From sequence record MN453779.2: a stretch of DNA of 64,000 bases; one strand, given 5' to 3'. Numbering within the stretch: position 1 is the first letter of the stretch; the number at the start of each line of letters is the position of its first letter. The position numbers and the translations under genes were made by a program. Shown here piece by piece: positions 1-8,961 of the stretch. The notes under the pieces were generated by a model. It saw only the letters and a list, made by a program, of their open reading frames with translations, was not told the DNA's origin and did no database searches.

Positions 1-1596
1 TACCTGTATACAGATAACTTGATGTTAACTATTTTACTGGGTAATTTATATGCTTCACTAGTCTCAGCTATTTTGATGATAAGGGAAGAGGCAGAAGGTA
101 CACGTTATGTGCACGAATTCCACATATGGTCAAAGTTAACAAGTCATGGCATTAGTCCGATCTATAAATCGGTACTTGATAACAAACAAACAATGTGGCT
201 ATATCGCAATATAGATTGGGTACTTCGCAAACAAGGTAGAATCCAAACCTTTGACTCTTTAGTGGATATTATTCTTACTCACAGAAATATACCGCTAGCA
301 AGACATGAAGCTCTACAGACCACCACTGACCAACTAGATAATTTAGTTCCTACTCCAGCGTTTATTTCTAGACCAGTCAACTTACAAAATAGACTTGGGT
401 TATCAAGCCGGATGTTAACTGTTAGTGAGTTGATAGTTAAGGAAAACAAAGTTGCTATTGATAATGCGCAGGAAGAGTCCTACAGCATTGCAACAGCGGA
501 GTACAACATCTCCACCGGTGTACACTCGGACATCCCTACAAAGGTGTTAGAGTCCACTATGGTGGATGCCACAGATCGTAATCCCAATACGATCATGCGT
601 GTCCTCCATAATCACTGGATTTATTTAGCGGCTAATGATATTTATCAAATCAACCACGATTTTGTTGACTTTAGATCCGGAACGCGCTTTAAATTATCCA
701 CTAAAGACGCCTACATTCTCTGGGCTTACTTACTAGATAGAAATAGGAAAACGACCCAAGAACATATCCCTGCTTATACTTACTTTAACGTAAGGAAGAT
801 CCTACCTCCTAACTATCTTGTCTTAATGGGATTAGGAGATAAAGATATTCTTACTGAGGATGTTGCAAAAGACATTCTTAAAGTAACTGTTGAGTATTCA
901 AGGATTATTTCTCCTGACGTGTTTTTCCTTAAAGCAAAAGAGATCTTTGATAAACAGTGGGATCATCGTAAACTTTATTCCAGAGTACTGAACCTTTTTA
1001 CTCACACCAGAGTTAAAAATGCGGTAGAGAGTTTATACGAAACTGGTGCTGTTAAGCTAACCAATAAAACACGGTATAAAGATTGGTTGACTAGACTAGA
1101 ACTTAACTTTGATGATTACAGTGAAGATGATTGTTTAGAATTAGCTTGGAACATCTGGAAGAAAGTGACCGGATGGGAAAATGCAGCTTTCATGACAATA
1201 GCCGATCAACAGAAACAGTTGATTAACTTGATGAAAGATCTCACCAGCTACACCGTTCAGTACATCGGTTCTACTACTGAAGGTGAGGTAGAAGGACAAA
1301 TCCAGTTAATGGATTTAGTTGATTCTGATATTTGGTCTCCTAATTCAGAAACCGGTTTAGAGTCTGATAATAAAGATCAACTTGTACTAGATGCATTAAA
1401 GGGTACCAAAGAAGCTAGTTTAACAGCTAAAGAGCATAGAGGTTCCCCAGAAGGTAATATGGTGGATCACTTAGAAATCGAATCGATTGGTTCTGGTGAT
1501 ATTCCTATTAATAGTTATTTGAAATATGTGGAAACTGAACCCGATTTCTCTCCATTCCATTTAAACGTCGGGCTAAGGCTTCGAGAAGCTGTTTAA
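1..1596 (+). CDS. putative virion structural (baseplate-region) protein, 5'-truncated
   Basis: Frame is open from base 1 (YLYTDNLMLT...), so the gene starts before the window; context of structural genes. Confidence 0.55.
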   Translation, partial: YLYTDNLMLTILLGNLYASLVSAILMIREEAEGTRYVHEFHIWSKLTSHGISPIYKSVLDNKQTMWLYRNIDWVLRKQGRIQTFDSLVDIILTHRNIPLARHEALQTTTDQLDNLVPTPAFISRPVNLQNRLGLSSRMLTVSELIVKENKVAIDNAQEESYSIATAEYNISTGVHSDIPTKVLESTMVDATDRNPNTIMRVLHNHWIYLAANDIYQINHDFVDFRSGTRFKLSTKDAYILWAYLLDRNRKTTQEHIPAYTYFNVRKILPPNYLVLMGLGDKDILTEDVAKDILKVTVEYSRIISPDVFFLKAKEIFDKQWDHRKLYSRVLNLFTHTRVKNAVESLYETGAVKLTNKTRYKDWLTRLELNFDDYSEDDCLELAWNIWKKVTGWENAAFMTIADQQKQLINLMKDLTSYTVQYIGSTTEGEVEGQIQLMDLVDSDIWSPNSETGLESDNKDQLVLDALKGTKEASLTAKEHRGSPEGNMVDHLEIESIGSGDIPINSYLKYVETEPDFSPFHLNVGLRLREAV

Positions 1597-1604
1597 GGAT
1601 AAAT

Positions 1605-1925
1605 ATGCAACGACTAAAAGACCGTTATCCTGATAGTCGTTCTTTCCATGTATTGGCTAATCAAGAACAGGAAGTTTTACTCCTACTTGATAACAGACAT
1701 GTGAAACACGAAAAGGATAACTTAGCATATCTCACTGGAATACTAGATAAAACGAATAAACCTGATTTAAATGAGCGTGATGTTGTAAGTCACGTATTTG
1801 AAAAGTATCCGTTTTTGTATTCCGAAGATATCGAAAAGATACAAGAGTTTGATAACTACTTTACGGTAAGTGTTTATCCTAATACACTTATTCACTTTGG
1901 ACAGTTTAATATCTATAAGGGTTAA
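1605..1925 (+). CDS. hypothetical protein
   Basis: 106 aa ORF, AAGGA RBS, tightly packed. Confidence 0.6.
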   Translation: MQRLKDRYPDSRSFHVLANQEQEVLLLLDNRHVKHEKDNLAYLTGILDKTNKPDLNERDVVSHVFEKYPFLYSEDIEKIQEFDNYFTVSVYPNTLIHFGQFNIYKG

Positions 1926-1927
1926 TC

Positions 1928-2845
1928 ATGGTAGATGTAATTGATAATGGTCGTACTAAAAGTAAACTCCCGAGTCAACTGATCTCCCCTACTGGATTTG
2001 GTACGGTAGTTTCAGCTGCTGTGAACTGTAAGCAACCTTTTAACATTCCAGCTAATACTACTCTTAATGAGAAATACGATGTACTAGCTGTTGAATCGGT
2101 TGGAATGAAACACGGTAAAGATTTCAGTCTGGGTTATTACGGTATTGGTATCGGCGGTTCTCGCTCAGTGGGTGCAGACACCAATGGCTTGGAAGGTCGT
2201 AAAGTATATCAACACAAAGCTACCGACCAGGCTGCTTTCTACCCAATCCCTTTCTTGATCCGCACCATTGATAACGACATTGATCCAGCTATTCGCGAAA
2301 ACTATCGGATGCGCGTGGTTCGCAAAATCGGCGAAATCACTTATGTAATGTATTACCTTAAGAAAATCGGATTCCAGCTGTTTGATCCGTCTGTTAAGAT
2401 CGGTACTCGTGATGAGACCACTGGTAATGAAACCGAATATCCTTACGAGTATAAGAAAGAAGATCTTTCCCCTACTCCGTATGAACTCCTTACCACTGAT
2501 AGTATTCCACTTTCCAACACTTATGCTAATGGCACTGGTAAACTAGATCTCTCTTTGAACAGTAGTGATCTTAATGAAATCCGTAACGTTTGCACCATTC
2601 TCTTTAATGACGTTACTAAAGCTGCTATCAATGAGATGTATCTGGTGCACGGAATTGAAACTACTTTCGATGGTCAGATCGGTTCCGGCGGTACTGTTAA
2701 CTATAAAGAGCTTCTCTCCGCAGTGACTAGTTTCACTATCACTGAAGCCTGGGCACGTGATGCTAACGCTAACTCTACCATGCCGTGGTATTTCCACATT
2801 GGTAACTCACTACCCATGCTGGTTGCTCAAGACGCCCTAGTATAA
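1928..2845 (+). CDS. putative virion structural protein (phiKZ-like baseplate region)
   Basis: 305 aa; YYGIGIGG...FYPIPFLIR pattern recalled from phiKZ-like structural proteins; synteny. Confidence 0.55.
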   Translation: MVDVIDNGRTKSKLPSQLISPTGFGTVVSAAVNCKQPFNIPANTTLNEKYDVLAVESVGMKHGKDFSLGYYGIGIGGSRSVGADTNGLEGRKVYQHKATDQAAFYPIPFLIRTIDNDIDPAIRENYRMRVVRKIGEITYVMYYLKKIGFQLFDPSVKIGTRDETTGNETEYPYEYKKEDLSPTPYELLTTDSIPLSNTYANGTGKLDLSLNSSDLNEIRNVCTILFNDVTKAAINEMYLVHGIETTFDGQIGSGGTVNYKELLSAVTSFTITEAWARDANANSTMPWYFHIGNSLPMLVAQDALV

Positions 2846-2856
2846 AGGAATGTTCA

Positions 2857-3057
2857 ATGTCAAATAAAAATGGTATTCACCATGTTGTTAAAGAACCAGA
2901 TAGCAAGCTTTGGCCAAAGGTAACACTTTGTGGTAAAAAAGTTTGGTACCATGACATGCCAATTGGCATTGAACATGCTAGAGCTTGTGTAGAGCAAGGT
3001 ACATATCTTCAACCATGTAAGAACTGTATGAAGAAAGCACCCAAAGAACAGGAGTGA
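2857..3057 (+). CDS. small Cys/His-rich hypothetical protein
   Basis: 66 aa, AAGGA RBS, C...H..C...CKNC. Confidence 0.55.
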   Translation: MSNKNGIHHVVKEPDSKLWPKVTLCGKKVWYHDMPIGIEHARACVEQGTYLQPCKNCMKKAPKEQE

Positions 3058-3554
3058 TTATGACTGATCAATTCAGTCAGTTTTCTCCAAAGGACAGTTA
3101 CTCCCAATCAGGGAGTAACTTTTCTGGAACTAACTGGCGCGCAGAACAACTTCCTACTGAAGCAGTAAAGAATAGTGATGAATTGGAATATAAACACCAC
3201 CCTAAAGAGTGCCAATACCCATTGATTAATAAACACTTTACTGTTCAGATCAATACTAAAGTAGAATTGGAGTTTCTAAGTAACGTTGAACAGAATACTC
3301 CTTTTGATTATAAGAAATTTGGATTATCTATTCCAAGACAACTCATGACATTATTGAATCAATATAATATCGGAGATGGTTGGAGTTGTAATCCACAACG
3401 TGGTAACAGTGTTGCTGCTTTCTCCCTACTCTATTTTGGAGTAGGTTCCTTAACCCCAACACAATACCAGTTGAATCGTAAAACTCCTCTAGTGGCAATT
3501 GTGGAAGTCGATACGTTTAACGGTAAAGAGGTGTTAAGTCTTGCTGTGAGATAA
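3054..3554 (+). CDS. hypothetical protein
   Basis: 166 aa, GTGA overlap with upstream stop; ATG at 3060 also possible. Confidence 0.6.
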   Translation: MIMTDQFSQFSPKDSYSQSGSNFSGTNWRAEQLPTEAVKNSDELEYKHHPKECQYPLINKHFTVQINTKVELEFLSNVEQNTPFDYKKFGLSIPRQLMTLLNQYNIGDGWSCNPQRGNSVAAFSLLYFGVGSLTPTQYQLNRKTPLVAIVEVDTFNGKEVLSLAVR

Positions 3555-3556
3555 AA

Positions 3557-4129
3557 ATGACAATAAAGATACTCGGGATAGACCCAGGAACTAATAGCTT
3601 AGGGTGTGCAGCTCTTGAGTTAGATGTTTACACTAAGAAATCATTTAAACTAATTTACGCTGATACTATTCTAGGTCAGAATAATGAGTTTGGCGTCCAG
3701 AACGATAATCCTCATCAGGTAAGGGCTAAAGGACTTACAAGAGTCTATTCTCACATCTTTGATATGATCGATCCTAATGTGGTGGCTTGTGAAGACAACT
3801 TCCTAGGAATCAATCCTGCTTCGTTTAAACGCCTTATCGAAGTAGTCTCTTATTTTAATATCCACACTGTGTTGAATAAATCAGATTGTCCATTTAAACT
3901 AGTACTCCCTAGACTTGCTAAACAGATTGTTAAAGCGGATTTCAAAGGTAGTACTAAGGACGATGTAACTCTTGGGTTGAAGAAATGTCCTTTTCTAGAT
4001 TTAAATGGTTTTGACCTAGATCAACTTACTGAGCACGCTAACGACGCAATTCTTCTGGCCCTTTATATTGCAGTTCAATACTACAAAGATTTAGGGTGGG
4101 ATATTGTAAATGACAGTAAACAACAATAA
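3557..4129 (+). CDS. ruvC: RuvC-like Holliday junction resolvase
   Basis: ILGIDPGTNSLG, ACEDNF and HANDAI acidic motifs of the RuvC fold. Confidence 0.85.
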   Translation: MTIKILGIDPGTNSLGCAALELDVYTKKSFKLIYADTILGQNNEFGVQNDNPHQVRAKGLTRVYSHIFDMIDPNVVACEDNFLGINPASFKRLIEVVSYFNIHTVLNKSDCPFKLVLPRLAKQIVKADFKGSTKDDVTLGLKKCPFLDLNGFDLDQLTEHANDAILLALYIAVQYYKDLGWDIVNDSKQQ

Positions 4130-4766
4130 AGAAATCACGGATAAGAATGATCCGGCTTATTACGATTGGATTCCTGCTGTATTAAGATCTACAGCGGGAT
4201 TTAACTCTTGTATGACAGTTGCCGTTACAAGCATCATTTTTATTATGACCATTTACCATGGTGTAATAGAAAATCAAAAAGGTTGGTTTAACGGTGTTCA
4301 GATGGTGCTTATGCTCTGCGGCCCGATAGTTATTGCATGGAACTTTTGTAATGCTAAGTCTATTCTCTCAACTGTATTAACAATAGATGAAACAGAAATT
4401 ATCGAGCAAACTAAGAAAGAGATAAAGATACCACAAACAGCAGGTGTGGTAACGGACAATGACATCGCTATTGAAAGAGAACTGTTTGGTCTAAGTACCG
4501 TTCTCATGAGAGCTATAGCCGGCTGTATTTCAGTGCATGTTATCTGTTTTGTTAGTATTGTATTCACAATTACTATTAGACAAGCTGCGATAGACGGAAA
4601 GGTTCTACCAGGTGATATGGAAGTATTACTGGCTGTCATTGGACCAGTGATTACCAGCTGGTCTTTTGTTAGAGCAGCTAATACTCTTGCTGTACTAATG
4701 AACTCCGGCAGTAGTTTAATAAACCTTAGAGAAAAACTTGCAGACATCATTAGACCAGGTAAATAA
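4110..4766 (+). CDS. four-TM membrane protein with internal duplication (holin candidate)
   Basis: Four hydrophobic segments in two homologous halves; convergent with spanins. Confidence 0.6.
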   Translation: MTVNNNKEITDKNDPAYYDWIPAVLRSTAGFNSCMTVAVTSIIFIMTIYHGVIENQKGWFNGVQMVLMLCGPIVIAWNFCNAKSILSTVLTIDETEIIEQTKKEIKIPQTAGVVTDNDIAIERELFGLSTVLMRAIAGCISVHVICFVSIVFTITIRQAAIDGKVLPGDMEVLLAVIGPVITSWSFVRAANTLAVLMNSGSSLINLREKLADIIRPGK

Positions 4767-4777
4767 ACATAGGACAT

Positions 4778-4809
4778 AACTCTCACTCTCCAGTTGGAGA
4801 GTGAGAGTT
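4778..4809. terminator. 14-bp stem hairpin between convergent genes
   Basis: aactctcactctcc-agtt-ggagagtgagagtt. Confidence 0.75.
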
Positions 4810-4823
4810 AACTTATCTTTAAG

Positions 4824-5252
4824 TTATTTTTCGTTCAAGCTAGTGATAATCAAATCAATATTTTTAATGAGTTTATCTACAACTTGATTCAACCCATTGA
4901 TTTGTTCACTAGAGACATCTAATTCCTTAGTAGTTGCAATAAGAATTAAACGAGTAGTTGCATAACAAGCATCTTTCGCTACTTCCTTAGTGCAGTCGTT
5001 GTGTTCAAGGAATAGATTGAGTTTATCCATCCTGGATTCACGTTTCTTCCAGTCTGGAACGTAAACGGAACTTGGTACTTCAGTTAGGTTTTGTTTTAGC
5101 GCTACTATCTGATCCTTGTAAAGCTGAAGCTTTGCTAACTCCGACTTCATCTCCACGTAATTCCCCGCTGCCGTTACTGTCGGCTGCGATGAGCAACTGG
5201 CGAGCGTAAAGATCATCAAGAGGACTGTCAATAACCGTGTTATCATATCCAT
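4824..5252 (-). CDS. o-spanin (outer-membrane lipoprotein)
   Basis: Signal MDMITRLLTVLLMIFTLAS-C with lipobox LASC; overlaps 3' end of i-spanin in another frame; start Met uncertain. Confidence 0.75.
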   Translation of the reverse strand: MDMITRLLTVLLMIFTLASCSSQPTVTAAGNYVEMKSELAKLQLYKDQIVALKQNLTEVPSSVYVPDWKKRESRMDKLNLFLEHNDCTKEVAKDACYATTRLILIATTKELDVSSEQINGLNQVVDKLIKNIDLIITSLNEK

Positions 5253-5559
5253 ATTTCTCATAGATGCCTTTGTAACCTCTTTCAAGAAGTCGATTATTAA
5301 GGATCAATTGTTGTTCCAAGCTGGATGCCCACTCACGCTGTTTAATCGCGGCTTGCGTGATACTATCAGTGGCCTTAGCAAACTTATCAACAGCAACAAC
5401 CAACTTATCTACCGTCTCTTGATTTAGTTTATTAGGATCTTCTCTAAAAAACAAAAAGAAAGTGAGACAAAACACCATTATCCAAATACCTAGGGTATTC
5501 AGTAGTTTAGTTTTATCCACTTCCCCAAGAAACGACAAGGGGGTTGGAATAAGACTCAT
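5080..5559 (-). CDS. i-spanin (inner-membrane anchored coiled coil)
   Basis: Single N-terminal TM (LGIWIMVFCLTFFLFF) then helical periplasmic region; ATG just after upstream TGA. Confidence 0.7.
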   Translation of the reverse strand: MSLIPTPLSFLGEVDKTKLLNTLGIWIMVFCLTFFLFFREDPNKLNQETVDKLVVAVDKFAKATDSITQAAIKQREWASSLEQQLILNNRLLERGYKGIYEKYGYDNTVIDSPLDDLYARQLLIAADSNGSGELRGDEVGVSKASALQGSDSSAKTKPN

Positions 5560-5560
5560 C

Positions 5561-6793
5561 TCATACTGCCTCAAACGTCACGCCAGAAATCTTAAATAAA
5601 TATCCCCTAGGAAACACTCCAGGATCACCTTGGTTGATTTCCATGCTGTTATACGGACTACCAGCCAGATTACCTGAGGATTGAATGGGATAGTATCTAG
5701 AAATTCTGACATCGTGGTTTAACAAACGCTGTCCGTTTCCATACGTCTTAATATATGGAACAGGGAACAGCCCGTTATCTAGCACAATCGGATGTTGGAA
5801 CCGCTCCTCAGTGTGCAAGACATTAGGATAATTAAAAGTTGTCAATGGCACAACTTCTATTCCTAATGTAGGGTTGTTAACCAGTAGAATAAAAGAGTTA
5901 TGCATAGTTAATGCGTCTTTCTTATACTGATCAAGCTTAGTAAAGTTTGTTAGTTTGGGAGTACGAGTAAATTCACGATAAACTTGATAATGTTTAACAG
6001 CATCAAAACCAGATAGATTAACCATTAAGGTATCTACGCCGACTTGATAAATCATTTCACTATCAGTTATCAATTGACCATTAACTACCATCCAGATGGT
6101 TTTATTGTTAAGGTCTGTATTTTCAAGTTTTACTTTCCAGCTCTTTACACCATTGCTATCATAGTCAAAGAGGTTATCTTTGGTAATAGGGATGGTTTTT
6201 AAAGTACCTAGTTTTTCAAAGCTTAATGCGGAAGCTCTTACATCACGTTTAAGTTTAACGTAGTCAGCACCAGCTCCCAGTAGGTAAACACCGTCAGAAC
6301 GTCCTACAGACCTGTAGAAAACACCGTTTACATTAAAGAGTGCTTTATCGGCCTGTTCGTTGTAATTAATACCGTCAATGTATTTATAGTGTGTCAGCCT
6401 AATGTCAGGCGCCGCTTCAGAAATAAGGTCGTTTTGTCTATCCTTTGCAAGATTAAGGTCTGCTGGATAGTGGTAAAATCCGTGAGTAAATAACCGCTCT
6501 AGCTTAACAAATTTACGGTCTTTTCCAGGTATCAAAGGAGATTGTTTTAATACATCCCCTACCTTGGTATCTAGCCATTCTTGAATAGTGAGCAGTGGTG
6601 TTTTAGCAAAACTTAACCGGTAGTCATCAAGTGTTAAACAGATCTTCGTATTATAAAGAGTATCTGTCGCTACAATGTAAAGTACACTGTATAGTTTCTC
6701 CAGATCCCCAACAGGATAAGAAGAGATATTAACAACGTGAAATCCCGGTTGATAATCCTTAAAACGTCCCACTGCATATAAGTAATTGTACAT
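5561..6793 (-). CDS. putative virion structural protein
   Basis: 410 aa ORF in structural region. Confidence 0.55.
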   Translation of the reverse strand: MYNYLYAVGRFKDYQPGFHVVNISSYPVGDLEKLYSVLYIVATDTLYNTKICLTLDDYRLSFAKTPLLTIQEWLDTKVGDVLKQSPLIPGKDRKFVKLERLFTHGFYHYPADLNLAKDRQNDLISEAAPDIRLTHYKYIDGINYNEQADKALFNVNGVFYRSVGRSDGVYLLGAGADYVKLKRDVRASALSFEKLGTLKTIPITKDNLFDYDSNGVKSWKVKLENTDLNNKTIWMVVNGQLITDSEMIYQVGVDTLMVNLSGFDAVKHYQVYREFTRTPKLTNFTKLDQYKKDALTMHNSFILLVNNPTLGIEVVPLTTFNYPNVLHTEERFQHPIVLDNGLFPVPYIKTYGNGQRLLNHDVRISRYYPIQSSGNLAGSPYNSMEINQGDPGVFPRGYLFKISGVTFEAV

Positions 6794-6825
6794 GCATTTT
6801 CACCTTTTGATACAGAGGTTCATCT

Positions 6826-7587
6826 ATGACAAATAATACCTCGGCGCTACAAGGACAACTGGTTTATCCTTGGAACCCGTTCCAAGATTTAGCGAGTAAT
6901 GACATTAAAGGTGAGGTTCACCATATTCCCGCTAGTGCAGCAGGAAGCATCATTATTCCTCGCTGTTCACCTTTGTTCTCGCGCAACATAAAGATTAAGC
7001 AACTGGATAGTTCTAGAGAACTATCCCTAGAAGCTGGCGATTACTCTTTCGTTTTCCCATTTGGTAATTTCATTGGTAAATACAATCGACTGGTATACGG
7101 CGGTATTGTAATTAACAATGTCTCTAGCCCCATTAACGTTGAACTAGATTACTCAACTATTGGTGGGGATTTTGTGCTTGATGAGATTAAGTACTTAGAA
7201 GCAGTAGCTAATGCTCAGATTGCGCCACGACGTGAAGATTGGGATAAGATCATTAATCTCCCATCTGAGTGGCCGGTGGATCCTCATCCGCACCCAGTTT
7301 CTGATACTTATAACTACGAAGACATGATCACCGTCATGCGTAGTTATATTGACGCGATGTCTGGTACCGAGAACCCATTAGCTGTTCAACAGCTTCTAGA
7401 GGAACATCTCAAAGCCGATCTACAATCTGCACATAAAGGTGATCTGCAATCTCTAGGTGTAACTAACCTGGAAGATTGGAAGATGGCGACAGTTGATGAT
7501 CTTGGTGGAAATAGTACCGAGCTGCTAGTAAACATCAATGTCCTCAAACAAGCTATTCGGGGATTTGCGCAAGGTACTTGGAAATAA
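6826..7587 (+). CDS. tail/baseplate fibre-family protein
   Basis: Shares N-terminal P.S.PLF...I and H...AH....LG..NL.D motifs with the next three genes. Confidence 0.65.
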   Translation: MTNNTSALQGQLVYPWNPFQDLASNDIKGEVHHIPASAAGSIIIPRCSPLFSRNIKIKQLDSSRELSLEAGDYSFVFPFGNFIGKYNRLVYGGIVINNVSSPINVELDYSTIGGDFVLDEIKYLEAVANAQIAPRREDWDKIINLPSEWPVDPHPHPVSDTYNYEDMITVMRSYIDAMSGTENPLAVQQLLEEHLKADLQSAHKGDLQSLGVTNLEDWKMATVDDLGGNSTELLVNINVLKQAIRGFAQGTWK

Positions 7588-7624
7588 TATCTCCGGTATT
7601 TTCTTTTAGAAGGATGTATCGTGT

Positions 7625-8899
7625 ATGATGCTTACTCCAGATGTACCTCGTTTTAAGTTAGACTTGGAGGGAAACTCTAAGTTTAACTTTATCCCAAAAG
7701 AGTATGGTAAACGAAGTAATGAAAAGAACAACGAAATATTTGTTCCTCAATATGCTCCGTTTTACATAAACAGTTTTAAGATGTATTTCAAAACCGGAGA
7801 ACCGATGGTCCTTGGCGAGGATTATGAGTTCTACGGAATTATGTCTAAGTTAACCGAATACACTGCTAAACCAGTAGGTTTGTTTGTTAAACTACTCAAA
7901 CCAGAAATTACTGAATGGTATAGTAGTTACCAAGTGGTGGGTAACTTTAACAAAGTCAATGACGATATCATCCTGATGTTAAAGGCTATAGCTGAAGATG
8001 ATAGAACTGTTGACTGGAATAACATCGACGGTAAACCAGAATGGTTTAATCCAAAACTTCACCAGCATGATCTTACTTATGAAATCTTTGGCTTTACTGA
8101 TCTGATTAATGCTTGGGAAATGCTCATTGATAAAGATATCCTTGGTAAAGGTAATCTTACAATGATGTTAGAATCTTTCGAAGAGAAGCTGGATGTTTAT
8201 ATCAATGGATTTAGACAGCAAACTGTTAAGCTCTTAGAAAGACATAAAGCTAATAAAACAGATGCTCATGGTGTACAGAAAGATCAGATTGGCTTAGATA
8301 AACTGGATAACTTTAAAACAGCCAGTTTAAGTGAGACAGTAGACGGTAAAACTACAGAACGGCACATCACGGTTTATAATGCTGCAAAAGTAGCAACCAT
8401 GATGACTGGTCAGAACGCCAGGTTATTAGATAGTGGGAAGTTACCTATCTTTACATTCCCCTCTGACCCAGCCGATCCAGTAGTTACCAAATCTACTGTT
8501 CCTGGTGAATACGTTCTTTACTGCAAAGCTGTACCTATGTGTATAGTTGGTGGTAAACGTTATTCCGTTCCTGAAGCGGTCATTGATATTACTGATACTA
8601 TCAGCAACCCAGTTAACAAAACTTTGTATTTTTATCTGAACTATAAATCAGGGTCTGTTAATTACGTCATTACTGAGATTGAAACTCAGGAAACAGCTAG
8701 TAATGGTCTAGTTGCATTGCTGACTTGTAACGCCTCTGGTATAAACACCCTTGAGAGTTATAACCGATTTACAATTGACGGATTGGGGATCGTCCCACGG
8801 AGACAAGGTAATATAATACCTGCTACTAGTGGATCACTTTATACTCAAAACGATGCTAGTGATATCTTTAATAAATCCACAGATTTGTTACCAGAATAA
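7625..8899 (+). CDS. tail/baseplate fibre-family protein
   Basis: HKANKTDAHGVQKDQIGLDKLDNF repeat motif; paralogous C-terminus (GNIIPATSG). Confidence 0.65.
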   Translation: MMLTPDVPRFKLDLEGNSKFNFIPKEYGKRSNEKNNEIFVPQYAPFYINSFKMYFKTGEPMVLGEDYEFYGIMSKLTEYTAKPVGLFVKLLKPEITEWYSSYQVVGNFNKVNDDIILMLKAIAEDDRTVDWNNIDGKPEWFNPKLHQHDLTYEIFGFTDLINAWEMLIDKDILGKGNLTMMLESFEEKLDVYINGFRQQTVKLLERHKANKTDAHGVQKDQIGLDKLDNFKTASLSETVDGKTTERHITVYNAAKVATMMTGQNARLLDSGKLPIFTFPSDPADPVVTKSTVPGEYVLYCKAVPMCIVGGKRYSVPEAVIDITDTISNPVNKTLYFYLNYKSGSVNYVITEIETQETASNGLVALLTCNASGINTLESYNRFTIDGLGIVPRRQGNIIPATSGSLYTQNDASDIFNKSTDLLPE

Positions 8900-8910
8900 C
8901 CTTTAATTAC

Positions 8911-8944
8911 TTAGAGAGTGCGATCTTTTGATCGCACTCTCTAA
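8911..8944. terminator. 15-bp stem hairpin
   Basis: ttagagagtgcgatc-tttt-gatcgcactctctaa. Confidence 0.7.
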
Positions 8945-8961
8945 TCACATCTGAGGTTCCC

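Noticed and set aside
4298-4786. 162-aa antisense ORF over the membrane gene
   Set aside because: Shadow frame of a hydrophobic gene, no RBS or recognisable motif; the same applies to other antisense or nested track ORFs such as 15854..16117, 18782..19096, 29768..30349, 50791..51378 and 56289..56807
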